Positions 48,285-58,084 of a stretch of 64,000 nt of DNA are shown here, piece by piece. The position numbers and the translations under genes are program-made. Each line of letters begins with the position of its first letter. Within the stretch, counting starts at the first letter, position 1. This stretch comes from a bacterium (GTDB lineage Bacteria > Babelota > Babeliae > Babelales > UBA12409). Location of the stretch: contig JAKANL010000006.1 of the NCBI GenBank assembly GCA_021823685.1, positions 233 to 64,232 on the forward strand. Direction: 5' to 3'. The notes under the pieces are model-generated. The model worked only from the letters and a program-made list of their open reading frames with translations. It did not search any database and was not told the DNA's origin.

Positions 48285-48557
48285 GTGAAAAAAACGTTTG
48301 GATTAATGTGCTTGCTGATGGTTGGCAATGACCTGTGGGGAATGGGTCGGTGGGTTTCTCTGTGTGGGGCAAAAGGATTCGAAGGCCAGCCGTGGCTCCA
48401 TGTGAACTGCCGTTGTTATGATGAACGCTGCGAACGCATGTGGAAAGCGTTACTTGATAATCACGAGATGGGGGCCATTGTGGCTTTTGTGTTGGTCCAT
48501 GGTGCCGGCACGTGCGATGATCGCCGTCGGCCGTCGGGGCAACCAGTTAAAAAGTAA
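48285..48557 (+). CDS. Truncated paralog of the ankyrin-like pair, possible pseudogene
   Basis: GTG start, signal peptide, IVAFVLVHGA then early stop. Confidence 0.45.
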   Translation: MKKTFGLMCLLMVGNDLWGMGRWVSLCGAKGFEGQPWLHVNCRCYDERCERMWKALLDNHEMGAIVAFVLVHGAGTCDDRRRPSGQPVKK

Positions 48558-48609
48558 CGCGTTTTATTATACGCTCAGCATCGAAACGGTTTGTTGAGAA
48601 AGGCGGCAT

Positions 48610-50019
48610 ATGCGGCGCATTTTTGTAGTTGGTAAGAAACGCGCGCTTTTGCGCACGATAATTGACGGTCACCCACACTTGGCAACCATTGTTCAGGCCA
48701 TTCATGATGCTGGTGGGCGCGCGCTCCTTGTCGGCGGTGCCGTACGTGACCTATACCTTGGACGTGCGTTTAAGGATCTTGATATTGAGGTTTATGGGTT
48801 ATCGTTATCTGCTTTGGAAAAAGTACTTAAGCGTTTTGGTCCGGTTTCGCAGGTTGGTAAATCGTTTGGTGTTTTGCGCTTGCATACGCTTGATATTGAT
48901 TGGGCATTGCCGCGCCGTGATAGCCGGGGGCGTAAACCTGCCGTTAAAATTGATCCCAATATGCCATACAAAGATGCGTTTGCACGGCGTGATTTAACGA
49001 TTAATGCGATGGGTCTCGACCTCGTTACTTATGAGCTTATTGATCCATTTAATGGGTTGCGCGACTTAAAAGAGAAAAAATTAAGAACACCCGATAGCAA
49101 TCGTTTTATCGAAGATCCATTACGGTTTTACCGTGTTGTGCAATGTGTTGGGCGGTTTGAAATGAAGCCCGATCGTGTACTTGAGCAATTATGTAAGACG
49201 ATGAGTTTGCGCGGTGTTTCCCGCGAACGGGTTGAAATGGAATATGCCAAATTGCTGCTACAATCTGCTCGGCCATCGTTGGGTATTGAGTGGTTGCGGC
49301 GTATCGGGCGGCTTGAAGAACTTTTGCCTGAATTGGCTGCTCTGCGCCATGTGGCGCAGGACTCCATATGGCACCCGGAAGGTGATGCCTATATCCACAC
49401 GCTTCAGGTGCTTGATGCAGCCGCAGGTATGCATTACCACTCAAGCAAAGAAAAATTGATAGCGATGTGGACTGCTCTTGGGCATGATCTGGGCAAGGCA
49501 ACATGTAGCCAAAAAAAACCGGACGGGCGCATTTCGGCGCATGGTCACGAAATGGCCAGTGTTCCTTTGGTTAAAAAACTATTAAAACGTATTACGCGTG
49601 ATCGAGAGTTGCTGCTGGGTGTTTGTACGATTGTCCGGTATCACATGTGTCCCGGGCAATTTATTGCGCATAAAGCAAAACCTGCTGCGTATAAACGATT
49701 GGCGGCAAAACTGGCCGCGCCGGTGACGCTCGAGCTTTTGGGAACGTTTGCGTGTGCCGATAAGCGTGGCCGCAATCCGAAAGGTTCCGCGCCACTTGCA
49801 CGCGGTGCGGCTATGGAACGCGCTTTTTTGCGCAAAGCCAAAGAGCTTAACGTGCTGCGCTCAGTTGAAAAACCGATCTTGCTTGGGCGAGATTTGCTTG
49901 ATGTTATGCCGCCGGGTCCGGAAATGGGACGTGTGCTCAAGAAAGCATACGCGTTACAGCTTGAGCGTGGAATTACCGACAAAAATACCTTGAAACAAAT
50001 GGTTTTGAAAAAGCTTTAA
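48610..50019 (+). CDS. cca: CCA tRNA nucleotidyltransferase with HD domain
   Basis: VGGAVRD, DLDIE, RRDLTINAM, EDPLR, HPEGD, HDLGK. Confidence 0.9.
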   Translation: MRRIFVVGKKRALLRTIIDGHPHLATIVQAIHDAGGRALLVGGAVRDLYLGRAFKDLDIEVYGLSLSALEKVLKRFGPVSQVGKSFGVLRLHTLDIDWALPRRDSRGRKPAVKIDPNMPYKDAFARRDLTINAMGLDLVTYELIDPFNGLRDLKEKKLRTPDSNRFIEDPLRFYRVVQCVGRFEMKPDRVLEQLCKTMSLRGVSRERVEMEYAKLLLQSARPSLGIEWLRRIGRLEELLPELAALRHVAQDSIWHPEGDAYIHTLQVLDAAAGMHYHSSKEKLIAMWTALGHDLGKATCSQKKPDGRISAHGHEMASVPLVKKLLKRITRDRELLLGVCTIVRYHMCPGQFIAHKAKPAAYKRLAAKLAAPVTLELLGTFACADKRGRNPKGSAPLARGAAMERAFLRKAKELNVLRSVEKPILLGRDLLDVMPPGPEMGRVLKKAYALQLERGITDKNTLKQMVLKKL

Positions 50020-50026
50020 CCCCTAC

Positions 50027-50086
50027 CCGCTCACCCTGCTTGCCCGCCGTAGCTCAAAAAGCGAAGGCCGGGAGTTTATCGAAGGG
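50027..50086. repeat. REP-like repeat interrupted by a second repeat family
   Basis: ccgctcaccctg-[cttgcccgccgtagctcaaaaagcgaaggccggg]-agtttatcgaaggg between convergent cca and topA. Confidence 0.8.
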
Positions 50087-50111
50087 TGTATCCCGCGCCT
50101 GCCGAGAGTGC

Positions 50112-52343
50112 TTATTGTTTGTAGCCACATTCTTTTGAAAAACACATGAGTGCGACCGAGCCGTCTTTGGCGACTTTTTTAACTAAGAACGGTAGTTTGC
50201 ATTTTGGGCATGGCGTTTCTTCAATATCCCCGAATACGGCAAAACGGCATTTGGGATAATTGGTGCATCCCCAGAATTTACCACCGCGCCAGCTTTTTTG
50301 GACAACATCGCCTTCTTTGCACAACGGGCACTTAAAAGAAGCTTTAGTTTGTTGGATATATTTGCACTCCGGATAACCCGAGCATGAAATGAACCTGCCA
50401 AACCGTCCCATACGTTCTTGCAGTGGCTTGCCGCATTGTGGGCAAACGGCATCTAATTTCTTGGGTGGCTCAGCTGCCGTGAGTGTGATCGTTCCATCCT
50501 CTGCGCGCGTGAAATTGCTCGTAAATTTGCATTTAGGGAAACCGGGGCAACCAATAAATTCGCCGGCTTTGCCCTTGCGGATGACTAGATTATGTTCTTT
50601 ACACTGCGGGCAGTGAATTTCGGTGGCAATCACTGGTTTTGCACTTGATGATTCTTTAAATACCGTGAGATCTTTATTAAATTTGTTATAAAACTCGTTC
50701 AGTAATGTATCGCGTTCAAGATTGCCCTCGGCAATTTTATCCAGGTCTTCTTCCATATGCGCGGTAAATTTGATGTTCATGATTTGCGGTAAATTTTTGA
50801 CCAACATGGTGGTAACCGTTTTGCCTAAATCGCTGGGCACGAACCGCTTTTTTTCATCAAGTGCCGTATAAGCTCTTTTACGAATCGTCTGTAAAATACT
50901 GGCATAGGTACTTGGACGGCCAATACCTTCTTTCTCAAGTTCTTTAACAAGCGAACCTTCCGTGTAACGCGCTGGCGGTTGGGTAAAATGTTGTTTGGGC
51001 TCGGTTTTGGTAAGCTTGACCGGATTTTTTTCTTTGAGCGTGCTGGGCAGCTTAACTTTTTTTTCTTCTTCATCGTCTTCGGGACGGTAGACCACCAAAA
51101 AACCATCGAAGATAAGTGTTGAACCTGTGACTTTGAACGTGTAACCATCACTTTTAATGGTTACTTGTCGCTGAGCATATTCAGCTGGATTCATTTGGCA
51201 GGCAACAAATCGTTGCCAAATTAACGTATACAAACGTGCTTCGTCAGATTCTAAAAATCCTTTGACACGATCGGGCGTGTAGGCAACATCGATTGGTCGT
51301 ATGGCTTCGTGGGCGTCTTGTGCCTGCGCGCTCTTGGCATACAGTTGTGCTTTTGCTGGAACATACTTTGCACCGAAGTTATCCGTGATGTGAGTGCGCA
51401 CGTGTGAGAGCGCCGTTTGCGCGATACGCAACGAGTCGGTACGCATATAGGTAATCAAGGCTACTTGGTTACCTTCAATGGAAACGCCTTCATATAATTT
51501 TTGTGCGACTTGCATGGTTTTTTGTACTGAAAAACCCAGACGATTATAGGCGGCCTGTTGAAGCGTACTGGTCATGAAAGGCGGTAACGGATTCCTTTTG
51601 CGCGTTTTATCCTGAATGCTATCAATGACAAACGATTGTTTGCCCAGATCGGTTACGACCGTTTGTGCTTGTTCTTTGGATCCTATTTCTGCTTTTTTTG
51701 TGCCGATGTGAGTAAGCTCGGCAACGATAGTGTCTTTATCATGTGCAAAGTGGCCATCGATGGTCCAAAATTCGCGCGGTTTAAACGCCACAATTTCTTC
51801 TTCACGCTCAACGATGAGGCGCAACGCAACGGATTGGACTCGGCCGGCGGAGAGGCCTTTTTGGATCTTGCGCCACAAAACGGGCGAGACTTCATAACCG
51901 ACCCAGCGGTCAAGAACGCGGCGAGCCTGTTGGGCAGCGACTTTCTTAAGATCGACGTTGCTGGGGTGCTCGAGTGCTTCTTTGATTGCCGTTTGGGTAA
52001 TTTCGTTAAAGGCTATGCGATGAATTTTTGCTTTGTTTTTAACCGCTTTTTCAATTTCTTGGCCAATGTGCCAAGCAATGATTTCTCCCTCGCGGTCAGG
52101 GTCTGGAGCCAGGTAAATTTCGTCGCAGGTGCGGGCCTGTTTGACGATATCGGTTATAACTTTTTTTTTGCCCTCGAGCGGCGTATATTCCAGCGCAATT
52201 GGGTCTCCTAGGGTGACGCCCAGGGAACGCTGCGGTAGATCTTTGACGTGCCCAAGGGTGGACATGATCTGAAAATCTTTGCCCAAAAACTTTGATATTG
52301 TTTTTATCTTGGCGGGGGATTCGACGATTAATAATTTTTTCAT
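50112..52343 (-). CDS. topA: DNA topoisomerase I
   Basis: IVESPAK, DPDREGE, SAGRVQS, ITYMRTDS, C-terminal Zn ribbons. Confidence 0.97.
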   Translation of the reverse strand: MKKLLIVESPAKIKTISKFLGKDFQIMSTLGHVKDLPQRSLGVTLGDPIALEYTPLEGKKKVITDIVKQARTCDEIYLAPDPDREGEIIAWHIGQEIEKAVKNKAKIHRIAFNEITQTAIKEALEHPSNVDLKKVAAQQARRVLDRWVGYEVSPVLWRKIQKGLSAGRVQSVALRLIVEREEEIVAFKPREFWTIDGHFAHDKDTIVAELTHIGTKKAEIGSKEQAQTVVTDLGKQSFVIDSIQDKTRKRNPLPPFMTSTLQQAAYNRLGFSVQKTMQVAQKLYEGVSIEGNQVALITYMRTDSLRIAQTALSHVRTHITDNFGAKYVPAKAQLYAKSAQAQDAHEAIRPIDVAYTPDRVKGFLESDEARLYTLIWQRFVACQMNPAEYAQRQVTIKSDGYTFKVTGSTLIFDGFLVVYRPEDDEEEKKVKLPSTLKEKNPVKLTKTEPKQHFTQPPARYTEGSLVKELEKEGIGRPSTYASILQTIRKRAYTALDEKKRFVPSDLGKTVTTMLVKNLPQIMNIKFTAHMEEDLDKIAEGNLERDTLLNEFYNKFNKDLTVFKESSSAKPVIATEIHCPQCKEHNLVIRKGKAGEFIGCPGFPKCKFTSNFTRAEDGTITLTAAEPPKKLDAVCPQCGKPLQERMGRFGRFISCSGYPECKYIQQTKASFKCPLCKEGDVVQKSWRGGKFWGCTNYPKCRFAVFGDIEETPCPKCKLPFLVKKVAKDGSVALMCFSKECGYKQ

Positions 52344-52534
52344 GCGCTGTATACCCATATAATATGCTTTTATCAATATAAGATCTTTTTTCAGGCTGTC
52401 AAGCAAAATTACCAAATTTGCCAAATAGAAAGAATCTTTTTGGAAAAAATTTACGAGTGAGATTTTTTATGGTAAGATAATAGATAAGAATAGATTGATG
52501 TTGGCGAGAGTTTTTAAGGGATCGGGTAGGGCCC

Positions 52535-52825
52535 ATGGCGAAAAATTTTTGCATTGGATTGAGTTTAATTGGCGTGGTTCTTTTGCAGGCGTGTGGCGGC
52601 AAGCATGTGCCTTCTGCCGTTTCTTTGTCTATGCCAAGTGCTGGTGATTACAAGAGATATGGGGAAACCGGCGAAAATAAATTTCGCCAGCGCAAAGATT
52701 TTGAAGATAGTATGCACGAAGAAAAACAAAGGCAGGCGGCCCAATTTTCCGGAAGCCAAGAAGTGCCGCAGGATCCTGTTAAATATGCTCGATACACTTT
52801 TGAGCAAGTCTATCCAAGAAAATAA
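52535..52825 (+). CDS. Hypothetical lipoprotein
   Basis: Lipobox LQA-C. Confidence 0.7.
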   Translation: MAKNFCIGLSLIGVVLLQACGGKHVPSAVSLSMPSAGDYKRYGETGENKFRQRKDFEDSMHEEKQRQAAQFSGSQEVPQDPVKYARYTFEQVYPRK

Positions 52826-52852
52826 TGAGTCTGGTGAAAAGAAGGGACGTTT

Positions 52853-53563
52853 ATGATTAATAACATACGTGTTGGTTTAGGTATCTGTTTGGCCGTCTTT
52901 CTGACCGGGTGCGGGCGCTATCAGGTCAAATTGTTGCGTCCTCTGTGTAAGGCGACGGCGCAATATAAAGGTAAAAAAGATGGCGTTAGCGTCTATGTTG
53001 GCAAATTAGAGCGCAAAGCGGCGCGCGATTATTTTAATGGCGCCGAGTTGCCATTTAAAAAGACGATGCCGCTTATCCTAACGGTTAAAAACGAATCGCC
53101 GTATTCGATTTTGATTTCTCGTCGCCATATCTCGTTACCATTGCTTAATGAGCAAGAGCTTATTGCTTTAATGGAACGCTCAGTCGCTGCTCCGCTTTTA
53201 GCGGGTATGGGTACCGCATTGGTGTTGGATGCCACAACAAGTCACCGTCGTCATGGGGGCGGGTTGTTTGGCTCATTGGCCAGTGGGGCCGCTGTTGTTG
53301 CGGGAGCTGCAGGGTCGGTAAGTGCAAGTTCGAGCAACGAAACGTTTGCCGTTGATCTGCGGAGTAAAATGCTCCATGAAGAAACGCTATGGCCTGGTGA
53401 AGAGATAACCAAGATTGTTTTTGCATCACGTGAGTTATTCCGTATGCCATTTACGATTCGCATTTGTCAGATGGTAGAAAATGCCAATGGTAAGGTTGTT
53501 TCCAAGCGCGTTATACCGTTTAAGGTAAATTTCTTCAGCGATGAGTTTGACGGCGAGCTGTAA
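52853..53563 (+). CDS. Hypothetical lipoprotein with Gly-rich hairpin
   Basis: Lipobox LTG-C; paralog of 54568-55308. Confidence 0.75.
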   Translation: MINNIRVGLGICLAVFLTGCGRYQVKLLRPLCKATAQYKGKKDGVSVYVGKLERKAARDYFNGAELPFKKTMPLILTVKNESPYSILISRRHISLPLLNEQELIALMERSVAAPLLAGMGTALVLDATTSHRRHGGGLFGSLASGAAVVAGAAGSVSASSSNETFAVDLRSKMLHEETLWPGEEITKIVFASRELFRMPFTIRICQMVENANGKVVSKRVIPFKVNFFSDEFDGEL

Positions 53564-53571
53564 TACCGTTT

Positions 53572-54399
53572 CTACCATGTTGCTTTAATTTTTACGCGTA
53601 CTGCTGGCGGCATATCCGGGTATTTTTCATCCAGGATTTTCTGCTGGTCGGCATCGATTACCAGTTTATTGAGTTGCGCAGGAATAACTTCGAGCGCTCG
53701 CACTGGATCAATGGCGCTATTCTTAATATTGACCGTCGATAGGTGCCGCAGATTCTTTAAGCATAGTGGCAGCTTGGAGAGCGTGCGATTGTTGGCTACG
53801 TGCAGTTCTTCAAGATTTTTTAGATCGCATATTGCTGTGGGAAGTTCTTTTAACGCATTATTAGACGCGTTGAGAACCGTGAGGTCTGATGCTTGGGTAA
53901 GTGCGTCGGGAAGAGCAGTTAGGCCGCTATTTGCGGTCAAGGTGAGCATGGTTATGCCGGGAACGAGTATGCTATCGAGAACGCGGTCGATTGGTGTCGA
54001 GGCAATCGTAATCGTACAGGCTTGGTCGACGGAGCATTTATTATCTTTAATATCTTTCAATATACGGCGCCAGCCGGTGAAGTCTTTGCCGATGTATTCA
54101 AGCTTAATCGGCGCTGGCGGTGTAAATGGTATCTTTGCGTACTCGTAAAGTGCGCGGGTGTTGGCGCGGGCGCGGCAAATGGGGCATGTTATGGTGTGAA
54201 GTGCTGATTTATGATGATCGATAAGTTGTTTGGCGCAATCCGGGCAGATATCATGCGTGCAGCCGAAAAACTTTTTTCCTAAATGATCTGAAAGATTGCG
54301 CTCTTCATAGCAAATGGGGCACGTGCCCATCTCTGGATTTCGTTGACTGCTCGATATCGTTGACCAACCTAAAACGAATAATATGATCAAGCGTTTCAT
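53572..54399 (-). CDS. Secreted RING-finger (C3HC4) plus LRR protein; putative E3 ligase effector
   Basis: Signal peptide; C-x2-C-x16-C-x-H-x2-C-x2-C-x16-C-x2-C-R; LTVLNASNNALKELP-type LRRs. Confidence 0.88.
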   Translation of the reverse strand: MKRLIILFVLGWSTISSSQRNPEMGTCPICYEERNLSDHLGKKFFGCTHDICPDCAKQLIDHHKSALHTITCPICRARANTRALYEYAKIPFTPPAPIKLEYIGKDFTGWRRILKDIKDNKCSVDQACTITIASTPIDRVLDSILVPGITMLTLTANSGLTALPDALTQASDLTVLNASNNALKELPTAICDLKNLEELHVANNRTLSKLPLCLKNLRHLSTVNIKNSAIDPVRALEVIPAQLNKLVIDADQQKILDEKYPDMPPAVRVKIKATW

Positions 54400-54567
54400 G
54401 TGTTTTCCCCATACCCAATAAAAACACTCTATATATTCCAATTTTAAATAATTTTTAAATAAATGATCAAGGGTTTTAGGCTCCAAATGCTATAAAGTTG
54501 CCAATCTGCTTTTTATTGTTATGCTTAAGTATACGTGGAAGTTGTACAAGGGATAGGGGTTTTTATC

Positions 54568-55308
54568 ATGTTTAATTGGCGGCTTTTTTCTGTTTTTTCG
54601 TTAGGGTTATTGCTTGCCGGATGCGGCGGGCGCTATCAGGTTCGCCCACTAAAACCGGTCAAGCGTGAGCGTGCGCATTTCGTGCAGACAAAAGCGGGCG
54701 TTGAAGTTTGCATTCGGCAGCTTAAAAAGCACGAAATTGGCGAGATTTTTAATGGCCAAACGATTCCGGAAGCTTTAAAGATTTCCGCGTATGCCATAAC
54801 CGTCGATAATACGACGAACGAAACGATCTTTTTGAGTACGCGCCAGCTTAGTTTGAGGCAGCTCTCTGCTCATGAAGTGTTTGCGCTCCTGCGTTATGAT
54901 CATAGCTCAACGACGCTTAAGCGGGCTTTGATTGCGGGGGTTGTTGCAGGTGGCGTTGCAACCGTTCTTTTTACCTCCATGGGTGTCTTGGCGATCGTTG
55001 CTTCAAGCGGCTCGGCATGCGGGTCTCTATTGGCGGCCGAAAATTTGCTGCCGATCGCAGGAGTCTTTGCAGGAGCAACGGCGTTTTACGCCGCCGTCAC
55101 GGGGATTCCACTGGGGATTTCACGAGGGGTGTTTAATGATGATTTGCGTAGCGATATACGGAAAAAAAATCTAACAGATTTAACGATTGCGCCGCATAGC
55201 CAAGAAACGCGTTTGTTCTTTGCGCGTGCCGGCCAGCCGTCTTTTACGTTGGCCATACAGGGCAGCGATAAACATCACATACTCTTTAATATTGGTTTGA
55301 ATCGATAA
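54568..55308 (+). CDS. Hypothetical lipoprotein
   Basis: Lipobox LAG-C; shares GRYQV..L.P, FNG, T.DN, DLRS with 52853. Confidence 0.75.
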   Translation: MFNWRLFSVFSLGLLLAGCGGRYQVRPLKPVKRERAHFVQTKAGVEVCIRQLKKHEIGEIFNGQTIPEALKISAYAITVDNTTNETIFLSTRQLSLRQLSAHEVFALLRYDHSSTTLKRALIAGVVAGGVATVLFTSMGVLAIVASSGSACGSLLAAENLLPIAGVFAGATAFYAAVTGIPLGISRGVFNDDLRSDIRKKNLTDLTIAPHSQETRLFFARAGQPSFTLAIQGSDKHHILFNIGLNR

Positions 55309-55332
55309 AATCCTTTTGCGATCCTTTCAAAC

Positions 55333-55364
55333 AAAAAAGGTCGGCTCGAAAGCCGACCTTTTTT
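55333..55364. terminator. Bidirectional intrinsic terminator
   Basis: aaaaaaggtcggct-cgaa-agccgacctttttt between convergent genes. Confidence 0.88.
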
Positions 55365-55389
55365 ATTACTTTGGTTAAAGGAGTGGGGA

Positions 55390-55743
55390 TTAGTATCCGC
55401 CGCTGCGAGGACCGCTGCGACGAGGACCACCAAAACCACCACGGCTGCCACCACGAGGGCCGCCGAAACCACCTTCGCGACGAGGGCCGTTGTTGAATTG
55501 GCGAGGAGGACGGGCTTCGTTAACGCGAATTTGGCTGCCTTCAAAATTGATATCGTTCAATGCATGGATTGCATTGGTTGCTTCGTCATTATTTGGCATG
55601 TCGACAAATGCAAAACCGCGAGGTTGGCCAGTGAACTTGTCAACCATAATGCGGACTGATTCTACGGCGCCATGTGATGCAAATAACTCACGAACTGCAT
55701 CTTCTGTTGCTGAGTGAGGTAAACTTCCTACGTATATTTTCAT
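55390..55743 (-). CDS. RRM RNA-binding protein with Gly/Arg-rich tail
   Basis: KIYVGSL (RNP2), RGFAFVDM (RNP1), RVNEAR. Confidence 0.95.
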   Translation of the reverse strand: MKIYVGSLPHSATEDAVRELFASHGAVESVRIMVDKFTGQPRGFAFVDMPNNDEATNAIHALNDINFEGSQIRVNEARPPRQFNNGPRREGGFGGPRGGSRGGFGGPRRSGPRSGGY

Positions 55744-56099
55744 TATTTATAAAACTCAAATTAAAAAACATTAAACTAATAGACAAAAATGGGTAAAATA
55801 CGCGCTCTACGCGTGACGACTAGACGACGATAACAACCCTTTCAAAAGAACAGAACTGACACACGAATCTTTGAACTGAATTATGATGGTCAATTGGATC
55901 TATAAAGAACAACGTATTAACACTCTTTTCCATATTCATTGAATCTACTTACAGATTAGCACTTTTATATCGATAACACAAGCCTTTTAGCACCATTTTG
56001 GGCACAAACGGCTATGGGGTGCTATGGAAGTGGAGAACATTCCAGTTTTTGTGTATTATAATGAGCAAATCCGTTGCTGTTTAGAGAAGGAAAGATGCT

Positions 56100-57095
56100 G
56101 TGGATGCTTGCGCACTGCGTATGGCCAGTTACCCATTGTTTGCAATTGCATCGGGATTATTGCTGCTCGGCCTGATCTACCGCTGGTTATGGCACCGTCC
56201 AACGGTCTACCGTTATTCGCTGGCGCACTATGTGGCGGCGCGCGTTCGCCGCTTTTCAGCATATTCGGCATATCTGCTTTTTCTACTTCGCTTGATTGGG
56301 CTTGGGCTTTTGGCATTTGTGGTTGGTCGTCCTCAGCTGCCCGATCGGCGGACACATATTAATGTTGAGGGTATCGATATTATTTTGGTAATGGATGTTT
56401 CGGGAAGTATGACGTGTTTTGATGATATGGCCGATCGGCGAAGCCGCATCTGCGTGGCCAAACAAGAGGCAATTCGTTTTATTGAACAGCGTGAGCATGA
56501 TGCCGTTGGCGTTGTGGTTTTTGGCAATGGGGCGTTTTCAGCATGTCCACTGACGCATGATAAAGCTGCATTGCGCGAAATTGTACAGTCATTGGATGTC
56601 GGGACGATGGTTGATGAGCGCTGTACGCTTCTTTCATGTGGCATGCTCGCCGCGCTTAATCGGCTCAAGGATACGCAAAGTACGAGTAAAGTTATGATTT
56701 TACTCACCGACGGTCAGCCAAGCTTGCAGGATGTGTGTGTTCAGGTGCCCATTTCGATTGCACGGCGGATGGGAGTAAAAATATACACGATTGGCATCGG
56801 TAATCAGCAGGGCGGCTTTTCTGACGTTGGGGGGGCATTGATGCGCGCTGGTGTTGAGCTTAATGAGCCGCTTCTCAAGCTCATTGCCCAGCAAACGGGG
56901 GGCGCGTATTATCGGGCGTATACGGCTGGCGATGTACGGCGTATTTATGCGCTTATTGATCAATTGGAAAAACGGCAAATGCCCATCAATTGGTATGCGC
57001 GTTATTACGATATTTTTGAGCCCATCATATGGATCGTGCTTGTGGTACTTTTGTTTGAATATGGGTTGGCGACATTTGTGTGGAGGGGGCTATGA
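56100..57095 (+). CDS. batA: BatA-like VWA protein
   Basis: GRPQ, EGIDIILVMDVSGSM, CPLTHD, LLTDG, IYTIGIG; start uncertain. Confidence 0.85.
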   Translation: MDACALRMASYPLFAIASGLLLLGLIYRWLWHRPTVYRYSLAHYVAARVRRFSAYSAYLLFLLRLIGLGLLAFVVGRPQLPDRRTHINVEGIDIILVMDVSGSMTCFDDMADRRSRICVAKQEAIRFIEQREHDAVGVVVFGNGAFSACPLTHDKAALREIVQSLDVGTMVDERCTLLSCGMLAALNRLKDTQSTSKVMILLTDGQPSLQDVCVQVPISIARRMGVKIYTIGIGNQQGGFSDVGGALMRAGVELNEPLLKLIAQQTGGAYYRAYTAGDVRRIYALIDQLEKRQMPINWYARYYDIFEPIIWIVLVVLLFEYGLATFVWRGL

Positions 57096-58084
57096 ACGGT
57101 GGCATGGTATGGGGGGCAGCCTCACGCGTTGGGCTTATAGGTGCAGTTGGGGCAATCATGCTTACGCTTGTGTGGTATCATTATTTCAAACGGATCCAGC
57201 GCGGGCGTGTATTAGACCGCACGGGTACGTTACTCAGGTATTTCAGCTCTCAACGATTGGTTATTAAAGCAGTTTTAGCCGGTATGGCGATTATTAGCCT
57301 CTGTGTGGCGCTTATGCACCCCCGTTGGGGATTGGTTGAGGAGGCCGTCGTGCAACGGGGACACGATGTGTACGTTGCTTTTGATGTTTCGCGGAGTATG
57401 CTTACGCGTGACGTGAGCCCTGATCGATTAAGCGTGGCCAAACACGCAATAAAAGCGGTTGTTAATCAGCTTCAAGCCGATCGTTTTGGGCTTATGCTCT
57501 TTAGTCAACGGGCTCGGGTGGCTTGTCCGCTTACCCATGATAAAGAGCTCTTTTCTCTTTTTATTGATCAATTGGATGGGCAGATGATCGGTGATGGTTC
57601 AACGTGCCTTGATACGCCGATTCGGTTGACCATTGAACAGTGCAAGAGAACGCCGGAATGCAAGCAGCGGTTACTCGTTTTAGTTACCGATGGCGAAGAT
57701 TTTTCGGGCACACTTCAGGCCATTGGCGCCCAAGCTGCGCAGGAGCATATCAAAATTCTCGTTATTGGCGTGGGAACGTCTCAGGGTGCGCCAGTCCCGC
57801 TTTATGATGGCCAAGGCAAGCAACAGGGGTTTATTAAAGATGCGCAGGGCCGTGTGGTGATTTCGCGGCTCAATAAAACCGCGCTTCAATCGTTGGTTGG
57901 GCAATCCGATGGTCGGTATGTCTTTATTGACCGGTCGGATGGGTGCGTCAAAGAGATAGTGTGGGCCATTGAGCGGTGCCAAAAAGAACAGCGCGACACC
58001 CAGATGATGGGGCATTTGCAGGAACAATATGCGTGGTTTGTTCTGGTTGCTTTTTGTTGCTTGTTATTGGAGTGGCTGCTATGA
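57092..58084 (+). CDS. batB: BatB-like VWA protein
   Basis: PRWG, DVSRSM..D..PDRL, TDGED, GVGT..G. Confidence 0.85.
   Translation: MNGGMVWGAASRVGLIGAVGAIMLTLVWYHYFKRIQRGRVLDRTGTLLRYFSSQRLVIKAVLAGMAIISLCVALMHPRWGLVEEAVVQRGHDVYVAFDVSRSMLTRDVSPDRLSVAKHAIKAVVNQLQADRFGLMLFSQRARVACPLTHDKELFSLFIDQLDGQMIGDGSTCLDTPIRLTIEQCKRTPECKQRLLVLVTDGEDFSGTLQAIGAQAAQEHIKILVIGVGTSQGAPVPLYDGQGKQQGFIKDAQGRVVISRLNKTALQSLVGQSDGRYVFIDRSDGCVKEIVWAIERCQKEQRDTQMMGHLQEQYAWFVLVAFCCLLLEWLL

Noticed and set aside
55744-55980. Long pyrimidine-rich leader of the RRM gene as a novel ncRNA
   Set aside because: No convincing stems seen; long 5' UTRs are common for such genes
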